Positions 7,659 to 17,106 of a stretch of DNA of 18,067 nucleotides are shown here, piece after piece (position 1 is the first letter of the stretch; every line of letters starts with the position of its first letter). The notes under the pieces were generated by a model, which was not told the DNA's origin, made no database searches, and saw nothing but the letters and a program-made list of their open reading frames with translations. The DNA is from Candidatus Zixiibacteriota bacterium. GTDB taxonomy: Bacteria > Zixibacteria > MSB-5A5 > GN15 > FEB-12. The DNA is taken from NCBI GenBank assembly GCA_041742355.1, contig JBGSIV010000143.1, positions 1 through 18,067 of the forward strand. Direction: 5' to 3'. The position numbers and the translations under genes are program-made.

Positions 7659-8849
7659 ATGACCGACCCGAGCCATTACCGCTCCCGCTTTGACTCTGTT
7701 CAGAACTGCCACTACCTCATCTCCAACTCTCTCGGGGCGATGCCCAACGAGGGGCACAAGGCGGCCGCTGCCTACGCCGAGATGTGGGCCACCCGGGGAG
7801 TGCGGGCCTGGCGCGACACGTGGTGGCTGCTGGCCGGGGAGGTCGGCGACACAATCGGCCAGCTGATGAACGCGCCGAAAGACACGGTCTCGATGCAGAT
7901 CAATGTCACGACTGCGTCGGCGATTGTCATCTCCTGTTTCGATTTCTCGGGCAAACGCAACAAGGTGGTCATGGTCGACATGGAGTTCCCGTCGATCAAG
8001 TACCTCTACCACGACTGGGTCAACGCCCGGGGCGGGCGGGTCGAGATTGTCCCCTGCCCCGACGGCATCACGGTCCCGATCGAACGGCTCCTGGAGGCGA
8101 TTGATGAGACCACGCTGCTGGTGCCGATATCGCATGTGCTGTTCCGCAGCTCGTACCTTGTCGATGCCGCCGCGATTATCGAGAAAGCCCACCAGGTGGG
8201 AGCGCAGGTGGTGCTCGACACTTACCAGTCACTTGGTTCGGTGCCGGTGGATATCAGCGCCCTCGGCGCCGATTTCGCGGTCGGCGGGTGTCTCAAGTGG
8301 CTCTGCGGAGGGCCAGGGGCGGCCTTTCTGTATGTCCGGCCGGACCTGATCGACAGGCTCCAGCCGAGCTTCACCGGCTGGCTGGCCCACGAGACGCCGT
8401 TTCAGTTTCGGCCGGAGCCGATTAAGCTCACCAGCGGCGCCTACCGGTTCATGAACGGGACACCATCGGTGCCGGCGCTCTACATGTGCCGTCCGGGATT
8501 GGATATTGTGAGCGAGATCGGCATCGGCCCGATCCGCGCGCACTCCCAGAAGATGACCGCGCGCCTGCTGGATCTCGCCCACGCCAAGGGATGGAAAACG
8601 ACCACGCCGCTGAATCCGGCCGAACGGGCGGGGACGGTGGCGATCGATATCGAAAACGGGCTGGCGATCGCGACCGAGTTGAACGCGCGCGATTTCCTCT
8701 GCGACTTCCGCCCCAAAGCGGGTATCCGACTCTCGCCGCATTTCTACAATACCGAGCAGGAGGTTGACGAGGCGGTGGCGGAAATCGAAACCATTGTCGC
8801 CACCGGAGCGTTTCGGAAACATCTTGAGACCAAAGGCGTGGTAACGTAA
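7659..8849 (+). CDS. kynU: Kynureninase (PLP-dependent, aminotransferase class V fold)
   Basis: YLISNSLGAMP, EFPS, ISHVLF, LDTYQSLG, VGGCLKWLCGGPGAAFLYV (PLP lysine), GWLAH..PF, RFMNGTP, DFRP..GIRLSPHFYN; adjacent to a KynB homologue. Confidence 0.85.
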   Translation: MTDPSHYRSRFDSVQNCHYLISNSLGAMPNEGHKAAAAYAEMWATRGVRAWRDTWWLLAGEVGDTIGQLMNAPKDTVSMQINVTTASAIVISCFDFSGKRNKVVMVDMEFPSIKYLYHDWVNARGGRVEIVPCPDGITVPIERLLEAIDETTLLVPISHVLFRSSYLVDAAAIIEKAHQVGAQVVLDTYQSLGSVPVDISALGADFAVGGCLKWLCGGPGAAFLYVRPDLIDRLQPSFTGWLAHETPFQFRPEPIKLTSGAYRFMNGTPSVPALYMCRPGLDIVSEIGIGPIRAHSQKMTARLLDLAHAKGWKTTTPLNPAERAGTVAIDIENGLAIATELNARDFLCDFRPKAGIRLSPHFYNTEQEVDEAVAEIETIVATGAFRKHLETKGVVT

Positions 8850-8861
8850 GAGGGAGTTGAC

Positions 8862-9518
8862 ATGGGACGGATTATCGATATCTCGCAGATGCTCAGCCCG
8901 GGCATGGCGGTCTGGCCGGGGGATGCGGAGTTCAAGCCATTCTGGACGGGACGGATCGAGGAGACCGGTTCGGTCAATATCGGCGGGGTGTCGATGAGTT
9001 TGCACACGGGAACGCACGTCGATAGCCCGCGGCATTTCAACGAGGAAGGCATGTCGATCGCCGAGGTCGATCTCGACGCTTTTGTCGGGGAGGCGCAGGT
9101 GATCGATCTGGCCGCGGCCGATCCGAAGCTGTTGTCGGTGGGGATCACGCCGGAGATGATCTTCGGGGTTGGAGAGACCAAACGCGACATCTCAGCGCCG
9201 CGCATCCTGCTGAAGACCGGCACCGGCGGAGCGGCCGGGATGTTTCCGGAGGCGTTTGCACACCTGACCGAGGATGCCGCGCGGGCTCTGGTCGGCATGG
9301 GGGTGCGGCTCATCGGGATCGACACGCCATCGATAGAGCGGGTCGATGCCAAAGACATGGCGGTGCACAAGATTCTCGCCGAGGGGAGTGTGGCGATTCT
9401 GGAGAACCTCGCGCTGTCGCATGTCGAGGCGGGGCGTTACGAATTGATAGCGCTGCCGCTCAAATTCAGCGAGATGGATGCCTCCCCAGTGCGGGCGGTG
9501 TTGCGAGAGATAGTGTAG
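8862..9518 (+). CDS. kynB: Kynurenine formamidase (cyclase family metal hydrolase)
   Basis: IIDISQ.L.....VWPGD, HTGTHVDSP.HF metal motif, IGIDTPSI, ILENL, YELIALPLK..MDASPVRAVLR; RBS GGGAG. Confidence 0.9.
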   Translation: MGRIIDISQMLSPGMAVWPGDAEFKPFWTGRIEETGSVNIGGVSMSLHTGTHVDSPRHFNEEGMSIAEVDLDAFVGEAQVIDLAAADPKLLSVGITPEMIFGVGETKRDISAPRILLKTGTGGAAGMFPEAFAHLTEDAARALVGMGVRLIGIDTPSIERVDAKDMAVHKILAEGSVAILENLALSHVEAGRYELIALPLKFSEMDASPVRAVLREIV

Positions 9519-9546
9519 ATTCCTGATAGATGCGGAAGCGACAGGC

Positions 9547-9948
9547 ATGAGCCTTCTCGCATTTACATTGCTGTCGTGGCTGCCTCTCCCCTTTCTCGGG
9601 GTGGGGAACGGGGTTTTTCGGGAGGCGGCCCTCAAACCGCGCTGGGGGGAATCTGTTGCCCGACCGATGTCGGGGGTAACGCTTATAATCCTCATCACTC
9701 TGTATGCCCTGCTGCTGCGTCGATTACGTACGGTGCAATCCTCGGATGCCATAGTAATTGGACTGACCTGGGTTGGGTTGACTGTCGCGTTCGAGTTCAT
9801 CTTCGGTTACTTCGTGGCCAAGAACACGTTGACCCAGTTGCTCGCCAATTATGATGTCACGACCGGTAACCTCTGGCCGGTTGTGGTGCTGTGGGTCGGC
9901 ATTGCGCCGTACCTCCTTATGCGGGCTGCATCTGACAGTCATCCATAG
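9547..9948 (+). CDS. Small integral membrane protein of unknown function (about 4 TM)
   Basis: 133-aa ORF 28 nt after kynB; four hydrophobic segments; NGVFRE and WVGLTVAFEFIFG motifs. Confidence 0.75.
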   Translation: MSLLAFTLLSWLPLPFLGVGNGVFREAALKPRWGESVARPMSGVTLIILITLYALLLRRLRTVQSSDAIVIGLTWVGLTVAFEFIFGYFVAKNTLTQLLANYDVTTGNLWPVVVLWVGIAPYLLMRAASDSHP

Positions 9949-9991
9949 CCCTCCCAGAACACGATCTTAGACTCATCAGTCCGATTTTGTC

Positions 9992-10019
9992 TTGGATTTT
10001 CCTGCATTTCTGGTATATT
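9992..10019 (+). promoter_or_regulatory. Candidate promoter of fibre-like gene 1
   Basis: TTGGAT(9992-9997)-16 nt-TATATT(10014-10019) with extended TG; same layout recurs before the paralogue. Confidence 0.6.
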
Positions 10020-10122
10020 TTTCGTAGGACTATGTCTATTGCTCGGTGTCGTAGAAGGGGCGCCGAATGACCGCAGGACTTCGAATTACAAGCAAGAATC
10101 GATATATCCAAGGGAGCATCGC

Positions 10123-11646
10123 ATGGCTTCTCGACACCTATTCACGTATACACTTGCCGCAATTCTCCTGATCGCGGCGAGCTCACTTTTGGCCCAGGAA
10201 CCGGTTCAGATCAACTACCAGGGGCGACTGACGAACAGCGGCGGCACTCCGTTGACCGGTTCGTACAATCTCATTTTCACGCTGTACGACGGCCCGACGC
10301 CCGTGTGGGTCGAAACACAGTCGGCAGTCCCCGTGGCCGGCGGTCTCTTCGCAGTTCGGCTCGGATCGTTCAATCCCTTGTACGACACGCTCTTTAAAGC
10401 CACCGAGCAGTGGCTCGGGATCAGGGTGGGCGGTGATCCGGAGATCAGTCCGAGAACACGGCTGACCGCTTTCCCGGTGGCCTCCGCGGCACATCGTGTG
10501 CTCGGAAGCGTGACGACCGGAGACGGCGAGTTGGTGATCCAGGGACCCTCGGGGAACGAGGCGGTTTCAGTCACGGCGGATCTCGACAGCACCGTATTAA
10601 GTATGGATTGGAATGACCCCTCGTCTAAACTGCTGACCCGTCCCGGCATGAGGTTCCGTACCGGCGTGGCGGGAACCGCGTTCAACCTGTTCAATCAAGA
10701 TCCGGCCCATGTGGGCGACGAATCCTTCAGGCTCAGGTCGCGACCCGACGGCGTCTTTGAGGCTATTCTCTTTGATCCCCAGCCCGAACCTCCGGGCAAG
10801 CTGTTCGAGTTAGCCGCGTCTGCCGCTTCCGGGCCGTCCATGAGCTTCTTCGATCAGGCCGGACAGGTGATGGGGGTGGAGCCGACCCCGTGGAACACCG
10901 GGTTCAGTATCAAAATGTTCGATCCGCAACCCGAACCTCCCGGCAAGCTCTTTGAGATCAACACGAGTTATGGCACGCGGGCGGCCGGCACTACTTTCAT
11001 CATGTCCGCCGAGGCAGACGCCGGGTACCGGGATTTGGTGAGAATGACCGCCGATGCTGCCGGCGGAGAAGTCCGGGTCGGTCCCGGCGCCGACGGTGCT
11101 TTTGGGCGGCCGGTGATCAGTGGCTTGTCAGATCTCACTCAGAGCACTCTGAAAGTAGTGGGAGCGGCCGGCGCGACCGCTCCGCCAACGATCGCACTGG
11201 TTGCAAATTCCTCCGGCCCTCGGATCGGTATTGGCACAGATGCCCCCTCGCAGGCCCTCCACGTGGTCGGCAACATCTGCTACACCGGGACAATCGGCGC
11301 TTGCTCGGATGAGAAATTCAAGAAGGATATCGAGCCGATCGACGGCGCGTTGCCGATGGTCGAGCAGCTTGATGGCGTTCGGTACTCGTGGCGCACCGAC
11401 GAGTATCCCGATCAGCAGTTCAGTGATGAGCGGCAGGTTGGGTTTGTCGCGCAGGATGTCCAGCAGGTGCTGCCCGAGGCGGTGACTACGCAGGAGGACG
11501 GGTCGCTCACAGTCGACTACAGCCGGATTACGCCGCTCCTGGTGCAGGCGATCAAGGAACTGCAGGCGCAGGTGGCCGCAATGGGCGACATTAAAGCGGA
11601 GAACGAAGCGTTGAAGAAACGGATTGAGGCACTGGAGAAGAAGTAG
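10123..11646 (+). CDS. Secreted fibre-like protein 1 with C-terminal Peptidase_S74 intramolecular chaperone domain and coiled coil (507 aa)
   Basis: RBS AGGGAG, ATG 10123; signal peptide ending SLLA-QE; N-domain INYQGRLT...WVETQ...GLF.V.LG; RIGIGTDAP strand; SDEKFKKDI...LDGVRYSW...GFVAQDV..VLPEAV...VDYSRITPLLVQAIKEL. Confidence 0.88.
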   Translation: MASRHLFTYTLAAILLIAASSLLAQEPVQINYQGRLTNSGGTPLTGSYNLIFTLYDGPTPVWVETQSAVPVAGGLFAVRLGSFNPLYDTLFKATEQWLGIRVGGDPEISPRTRLTAFPVASAAHRVLGSVTTGDGELVIQGPSGNEAVSVTADLDSTVLSMDWNDPSSKLLTRPGMRFRTGVAGTAFNLFNQDPAHVGDESFRLRSRPDGVFEAILFDPQPEPPGKLFELAASAASGPSMSFFDQAGQVMGVEPTPWNTGFSIKMFDPQPEPPGKLFEINTSYGTRAAGTTFIMSAEADAGYRDLVRMTADAAGGEVRVGPGADGAFGRPVISGLSDLTQSTLKVVGAAGATAPPTIALVANSSGPRIGIGTDAPSQALHVVGNICYTGTIGACSDEKFKKDIEPIDGALPMVEQLDGVRYSWRTDEYPDQQFSDERQVGFVAQDVQQVLPEAVTTQEDGSLTVDYSRITPLLVQAIKELQAQVAAMGDIKAENEALKKRIEALEKK

Positions 11647-11676
11647 ACCGCGATCCAGCAACCGATTAGAGATCTC

Positions 11677-11720
11677 AAAGAAAAGGGCCCGATTCCTTTG
11701 GATGCGGACCCTTCTTCTTT
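11677..11720 (+). terminator. Terminator-like hairpin between the two fibre genes
   Basis: AAAGAAAAGGGCCCG...CGGACCCTTCTTCTTT imperfect inverted repeat with a T-rich tail. Confidence 0.6.
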
Positions 11721-11748
11721 ATATTAGACGTATCGCTCCGGTTTCATC

Positions 11749-11776
11749 TTGAGTTTTCGTGCGTGCGAGTTATATT
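11749..11776 (+). promoter_or_regulatory. Candidate promoter of fibre-like gene 2
   Basis: TTGAGT(11749-11754)-16 nt-TATATT(11771-11776), homologous to 9992-10019. Confidence 0.6.
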
Positions 11777-11882
11777 TCCGATAGCATTCCGCCTGTACCC
11801 CTAACGGATCGCCGGGCCGAATGACCGCAGGACTCCGAAATGACAAGCAGAGATCAACATACCTCATCATAGGGAGCATCTC

Positions 11883-13478
11883 ATGGCTTCTCGACACCTA
11901 TTCTCCATCGCACTTGCCGCAGTCATCCTGATTGCGGCAAGCTCACTCCTGGCCCAGGAGCCGATTCAAGTCAACTATCAGGGGAAACTGACCAACAGCT
12001 CGGGGCTGCCGCTCACGGGCACGTACAGCCTCACATTCGCGCTCTACAATGGCTCTGCCCCTGGCACTACGCCTGCATGGAGCGAGACGCAGTCGGTGAT
12101 TGTCACCAACGGTCTGTTCAACGTGCTGCTCGGTGCGGTCTCGCCTCTTTACGACACTACGTTCAAGTCGGCCGAGCAGTGGCTCGGAGTTAAAGTAGGC
12201 GCGGATCCGGAGCTGACTCCGCGGACGCGGCTGGCGGCGCTGCCGGCAGCGTCGTTTGCCTACCGCGTGCTGGGAACGGTGCAGACGGGCGAAGGGGAGC
12301 TTCAGGTGCAAACCGTGGCGGGCGACACGGCCATCACAGCGGGCACTCACGGAGACAGCAGTTGGGTCGATTTGAGCTGGATTGATGAGGAGAAGAGCGC
12401 CGTCGGCCTTCGGAGACCCGGCCTGAACCTTTCCTCGGCCAGCGGCGGGGCCTCGCTAAAGGTGTTCAACCAGAACGCGGCGTACCGCGGCGAACCGGCC
12501 TTCGAGATCAATGCCTCTCCTGCCGGTAACGTCAGTTGGCGGATCTTTGCCCCGCAACCGGAACCACCGCGGGTGCTGATTTCGGCCGAGGGGGACCTTG
12601 CCGGAAGCGGGTGGGTCAGGATGTTCGCGCCACAGCCCGAGCCGCCGAAAGAGTGGCTTCGCCTGGGGTGCGAAGCGGGTTCGGGGCCGTCGATGAGCTT
12701 TTTTGATAACGCCGGTCAAGTTATGGGCGTCGGTCCCTCTCCGTTCGGGAGCCGGATCGCGATGAACCTCATGGATCCGAATGGCGGATCCCCCCTATCG
12801 CTCGCGCAGATGGAAGTTACCTACGGCACGCGGGCGAGCGCGGCGGCGCTGTCAATGGCGACCAAGGCGGTGGACGGCACCGCGCAGAAGTTGTGCAAGA
12901 TGACCGCCGATGCCGCGGGGGGTGAACTGCGCTTGGGGCCGGGCCAGGAGGGCGGCACGATTTCGTACATCAGCGCGTTGTCATCGGCCACGTCGGGTTC
13001 AATCACACTCGTCGGGCCATTGGGGGTAGGCTTTCCCCCGCCGCCGCCGAGCAAGATCTCGCTGCGGGTGAACGGTGATGCCCGGATCGGCATCGGTACT
13101 GACGCTCCCACACAGGCCCTCCACGTGGTCGGCAACATCTGCTACACCGGCACAATCGGCGCCTGCTCGGACGAGAAGTTCAAGAAGGATATCGAGACCA
13201 TCGAAGGAGCGCTGCCGATGGTCGAGCAGCTCGACGGTGTTCGCTACTCGTGGCGCACCGACGAGTATCCCGATCAGCAGTTCAGTGATGAGCGGCAGGT
13301 TGGGTTTGTCGCGCAGGATGTCCAGCAGGTGCTGCCTGAGGCGGTGACCACGCAGGACGATGGTTCGCTGACGGTCGACTACAGCCGAATCACGCCGCTT
13401 TTGGTGCAGGCGATCAAGGAGCTGAAGGCCGAGAACGAGGCGCTGAAGAAGCGGTTGGAGAAGCTGGAGAAGAAGTAG
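11883..13478 (+). CDS. Secreted fibre-like protein 2 with Peptidase_S74 domain, paralogue of 10123-11646 (531 aa)
   Basis: Same RBS context, signal peptide, VNYQGKLT N-domain and near-identical S74/coiled-coil C-terminus; divergent middle. Confidence 0.88.
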   Translation: MASRHLFSIALAAVILIAASSLLAQEPIQVNYQGKLTNSSGLPLTGTYSLTFALYNGSAPGTTPAWSETQSVIVTNGLFNVLLGAVSPLYDTTFKSAEQWLGVKVGADPELTPRTRLAALPAASFAYRVLGTVQTGEGELQVQTVAGDTAITAGTHGDSSWVDLSWIDEEKSAVGLRRPGLNLSSASGGASLKVFNQNAAYRGEPAFEINASPAGNVSWRIFAPQPEPPRVLISAEGDLAGSGWVRMFAPQPEPPKEWLRLGCEAGSGPSMSFFDNAGQVMGVGPSPFGSRIAMNLMDPNGGSPLSLAQMEVTYGTRASAAALSMATKAVDGTAQKLCKMTADAAGGELRLGPGQEGGTISYISALSSATSGSITLVGPLGVGFPPPPPSKISLRVNGDARIGIGTDAPTQALHVVGNICYTGTIGACSDEKFKKDIETIEGALPMVEQLDGVRYSWRTDEYPDQQFSDERQVGFVAQDVQQVLPEAVTTQDDGSLTVDYSRITPLLVQAIKELKAENEALKKRLEKLEKK

Positions 13479-13516
13479 GAATCTGTTGAGGGGGCTCAGA
13501 CAGTCATTCATGAAAG

Positions 13517-13542
13517 AGGGCAGGACCAACCGGTCCTGCCCT
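13517..13542. terminator. Probable bidirectional terminator between fibre gene 2 and icd
   Basis: AGGGCAGGACC(13517-13527)-AACC-GGTCCTGCCCT(13532-13542) perfect stem between convergent genes. Confidence 0.75.
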
Positions 13543-13564
13543 TCTCTGTGGAGATGGTCCAAAC

Positions 13565-14809
<1,245 letters not shown>

Positions 14810-14819
14810 GGCAGCTCCT

Positions 14820-15746
14820 TTAGTAGCCCATGATCTTCATGTGTTCTTTGTAGGTCGACGCGGACTTCTGCAGCGAGGAGAGTTCCGCCTTGTTGAGTTT
14901 CAGCTCGATGATTTTCTCGATGCCCTTGGCGCCGAGGATACAGGGAACGCCGATGTACATATCGGTGATACCGTACTCGCCGTTGAGGTAGCAGGAGCAC
15001 GGGAGGAGGCGCTTTTCGTCGTTGAAGATCGAGCGGACCATCTGGACCGAGGCCGCCGCGGGGGCGTAGTAGGCCGAGCCGGTCTTGAGCAGCTTGACGA
15101 TTTCGCCGCCGCCGTTGGCCGTGCGCTCTTCGATCGCCTGGATGCGGTCTTTCGGGATCAGCTCGCCGATCGGTACGCCGGCGACGGTCGTGTAACGCGA
15201 AAGCGGGACCATCGTGTCGCCGTGGCCGCCAAGGACCATCGCCTGGACATCGGCCATCGCCACGCCCAGTTCCATCGCGATAAACGTGCGGAAGCGGGTG
15301 GAATCGAGCACGCCGGCCTGACCGACCACACGCTCTTTCGGGAATCCGGTGACCTTCATCATGTGGTAGGTCATGAGGTCGAGCGGGTTGGATACGACGA
15401 TCACGTACGACTTCGGCGCATGTTTCTTGATTTCCTTGGCGACGCCGCCGACGATCTCGGCGTTCTTGGTCAGCAGGTCTTCGCGGGTCATGCCGGGCTT
15501 GCGAGCCAGGCCGGCGGTCATGACGACGATATCGGAGCCTTTGAGCGCCGAGAAATCATTCGAGCCCTCGACCATCGCATTGTACCCGCGCACGGGTCCG
15601 GCTTGGCTCATGTCGAGCGCTTTTCCCTGCGGCAAGCCTTCCACGATGTCGATCATAACGACGTCGGCCAAATTGGCCTCGGCCAGGTACTGAGCGCACG
15701 CGGCGCCCACGTTACCGGCACCGACTACGGCAATCTTCTTGTTCAT
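14820..15746 (-). CDS. mdh: Malate dehydrogenase (LDH-like type)
   Basis: [34 protein letters not shown] (MDH-specific Arg loop), [29 protein letters not shown]. Confidence 0.96.
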   Translation of the reverse strand: MNKKIAVVGAGNVGAACAQYLAEANLADVVMIDIVEGLPQGKALDMSQAGPVRGYNAMVEGSNDFSALKGSDIVVMTAGLARKPGMTREDLLTKNAEIVGGVAKEIKKHAPKSYVIVVSNPLDLMTYHMMKVTGFPKERVVGQAGVLDSTRFRTFIAMELGVAMADVQAMVLGGHGDTMVPLSRYTTVAGVPIGELIPKDRIQAIEERTANGGGEIVKLLKTGSAYYAPAAASVQMVRSIFNDEKRLLPCSCYLNGEYGITDMYIGVPCILGAKGIEKIIELKLNKAELSSLQKSASTYKEHMKIMGY

Positions 15747-15783
15747 CAGAACCTCCTATCGTTGCACACGGCGCGGTGTAGAA

Positions 15784-17007
15784 TTAGTTGGCAAGGACCG
15801 TGTGACCCGCGTCATACACAACAGCCACGTTACATTTTTCACAATCATCCCGCTTTGAGTACAAAAAATCCTGTACATTGTCAAGCGGTTCGTAAAAAAC
15901 CCTTCTTACGTCCTGTTTGGCAACTCTGGTATGAACTAGGACCTGGACCCGCCGCGTTATTGTCACCACCCGCGACAGCTTGTGGGAGCCAAAGGTCACC
16001 GGAGAGCCGTCGGCGGGCAGATTTCGCATCGGATCCCACCGTTCCGCCAGGCCGTAGAAGTGCGGGGAACCTATCCCCTCTTCACACGCGGACAGCACGA
16101 TTAGCGCACCTCCGTCAGCCACAGCTGCCTGGCAATTCTCGACGGCCTTCTGCAGCTGGTACAAGTTCTTGTCCAGCGGGGGGCGAAGCTCGGCCAGCAC
16201 AATATCGTACTTCCGCGGGACATGGTGGGCGTAGATTTGGTCGGCCAGCGCCACCGCCCGCCCAAACGAGTCGGCCAGCCGCCCGCAGAAGACTCCTGCC
16301 GGTCGGTGGTCGACATCGAGCACAACCTGAATTGAGAAGAAGCGGGGGCTGTCAATCTGGTCGGTCAGGAGTTGGAGGTGTTCGGCGACCGGGTTGCCGG
16401 TCAGCCTGAGCGGGGCGGCGTCAAGAGAGGCGGCGAGGTTGTGGTTGCGTTCGGTAGTGGCGAGGTCGACAAGGCCGGGGAAAATCGCTTTGCGACCGCC
16501 GGTGAATCCGGCGAAATAGTGCGGTTCGACTGAGCCAATAATGAGCACCGGCCGGTCGTTCAGAACCGCCCGATTAACCAGCACTTTTCCTCCGAGCGGA
16601 TCATCGGTGAACTTCGCCATGGTGGCGTAGTCCTCACAGCGGTGGTAGTCGGTGCGGGGGCGGAGGCGATCATGGAATCGTCCGAGAATATTGCGGTAGT
16701 GTTCTTCGGTCGGAGCGTCGTGAGTGCCTGTGGCTATGAGGAACGACGAGCGGTCGAGGAGATTCGACGCGAGTTGATCGAGCCATTCAATCACGAGCGG
16801 TGTCGGGGTGTTGCGGTAGCCGTCGTTGATTACGATAAGGGGCGAGCCGCCGATCGCGGCCTCTCCCCCGCGCGACTGGAATTCGTCCCGAAACGCCGCG
16901 AAGTCGGCAGTACGATCGACCGATCGGGGTGCAAAGGTCTCCACTGAAAAGGAATCTGGGATATCCAGCTCCAGCGGGGAGCCACTATAGTCAAGGGCGA
17001 TTTTCAT
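15784..17007 (-). CDS. LarA (nickel-pincer lactate racemase) family 2-hydroxyacid racemase/epimerase homologue
   Basis: INDGYRNTP, IATGTH, VEPHYFAGFTGGRKAIFPG, NH, NLYQLQKA, CEEGIG match the LarA superfamily motif series. Confidence 0.88.
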   Translation of the reverse strand: MKIALDYSGSPLELDIPDSFSVETFAPRSVDRTADFAAFRDEFQSRGGEAAIGGSPLIVINDGYRNTPTPLVIEWLDQLASNLLDRSSFLIATGTHDAPTEEHYRNILGRFHDRLRPRTDYHRCEDYATMAKFTDDPLGGKVLVNRAVLNDRPVLIIGSVEPHYFAGFTGGRKAIFPGLVDLATTERNHNLAASLDAAPLRLTGNPVAEHLQLLTDQIDSPRFFSIQVVLDVDHRPAGVFCGRLADSFGRAVALADQIYAHHVPRKYDIVLAELRPPLDKNLYQLQKAVENCQAAVADGGALIVLSACEEGIGSPHFYGLAERWDPMRNLPADGSPVTFGSHKLSRVVTITRRVQVLVHTRVAKQDVRRVFYEPLDNVQDFLYSKRDDCEKCNVAVVYDAGHTVLAN

Positions 17008-17032
17008 TCGCTGCGTTATCCAAATACGACAA

Positions 17033-17064
17033 CAGGCCGGGGCCCGTGTTCCGGGTCCGGCCTG
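17033..17064 (-). terminator. Strong hairpin between ndk and the larA-like gene (terminator or RNA-stabilising stem)
   Basis: Minus strand: CAGGCCGGACCCG-GAACA-CGGGCCCCGGCCTG followed by TTGTCGTATTT. Confidence 0.5.
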
Positions 17065-17106
17065 CGCGGTAAGTTCACAAAGCAGGTGATTGCACCACCT
17101 GTCGGA

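Noticed and set aside
11251..13336. Diversity-generating retroelement TR/VR pair
   Set aside because: Both copies are inside intact paralogous genes, differences are mostly synonymous and not adenine-specific, and no reverse transcriptase is present.
10123..13478. Prophage or tailocin remnant
   Set aside because: No integrase, capsid, tail-tube, baseplate or lysis genes; both proteins have Sec signal peptides and their own promoters and terminators.
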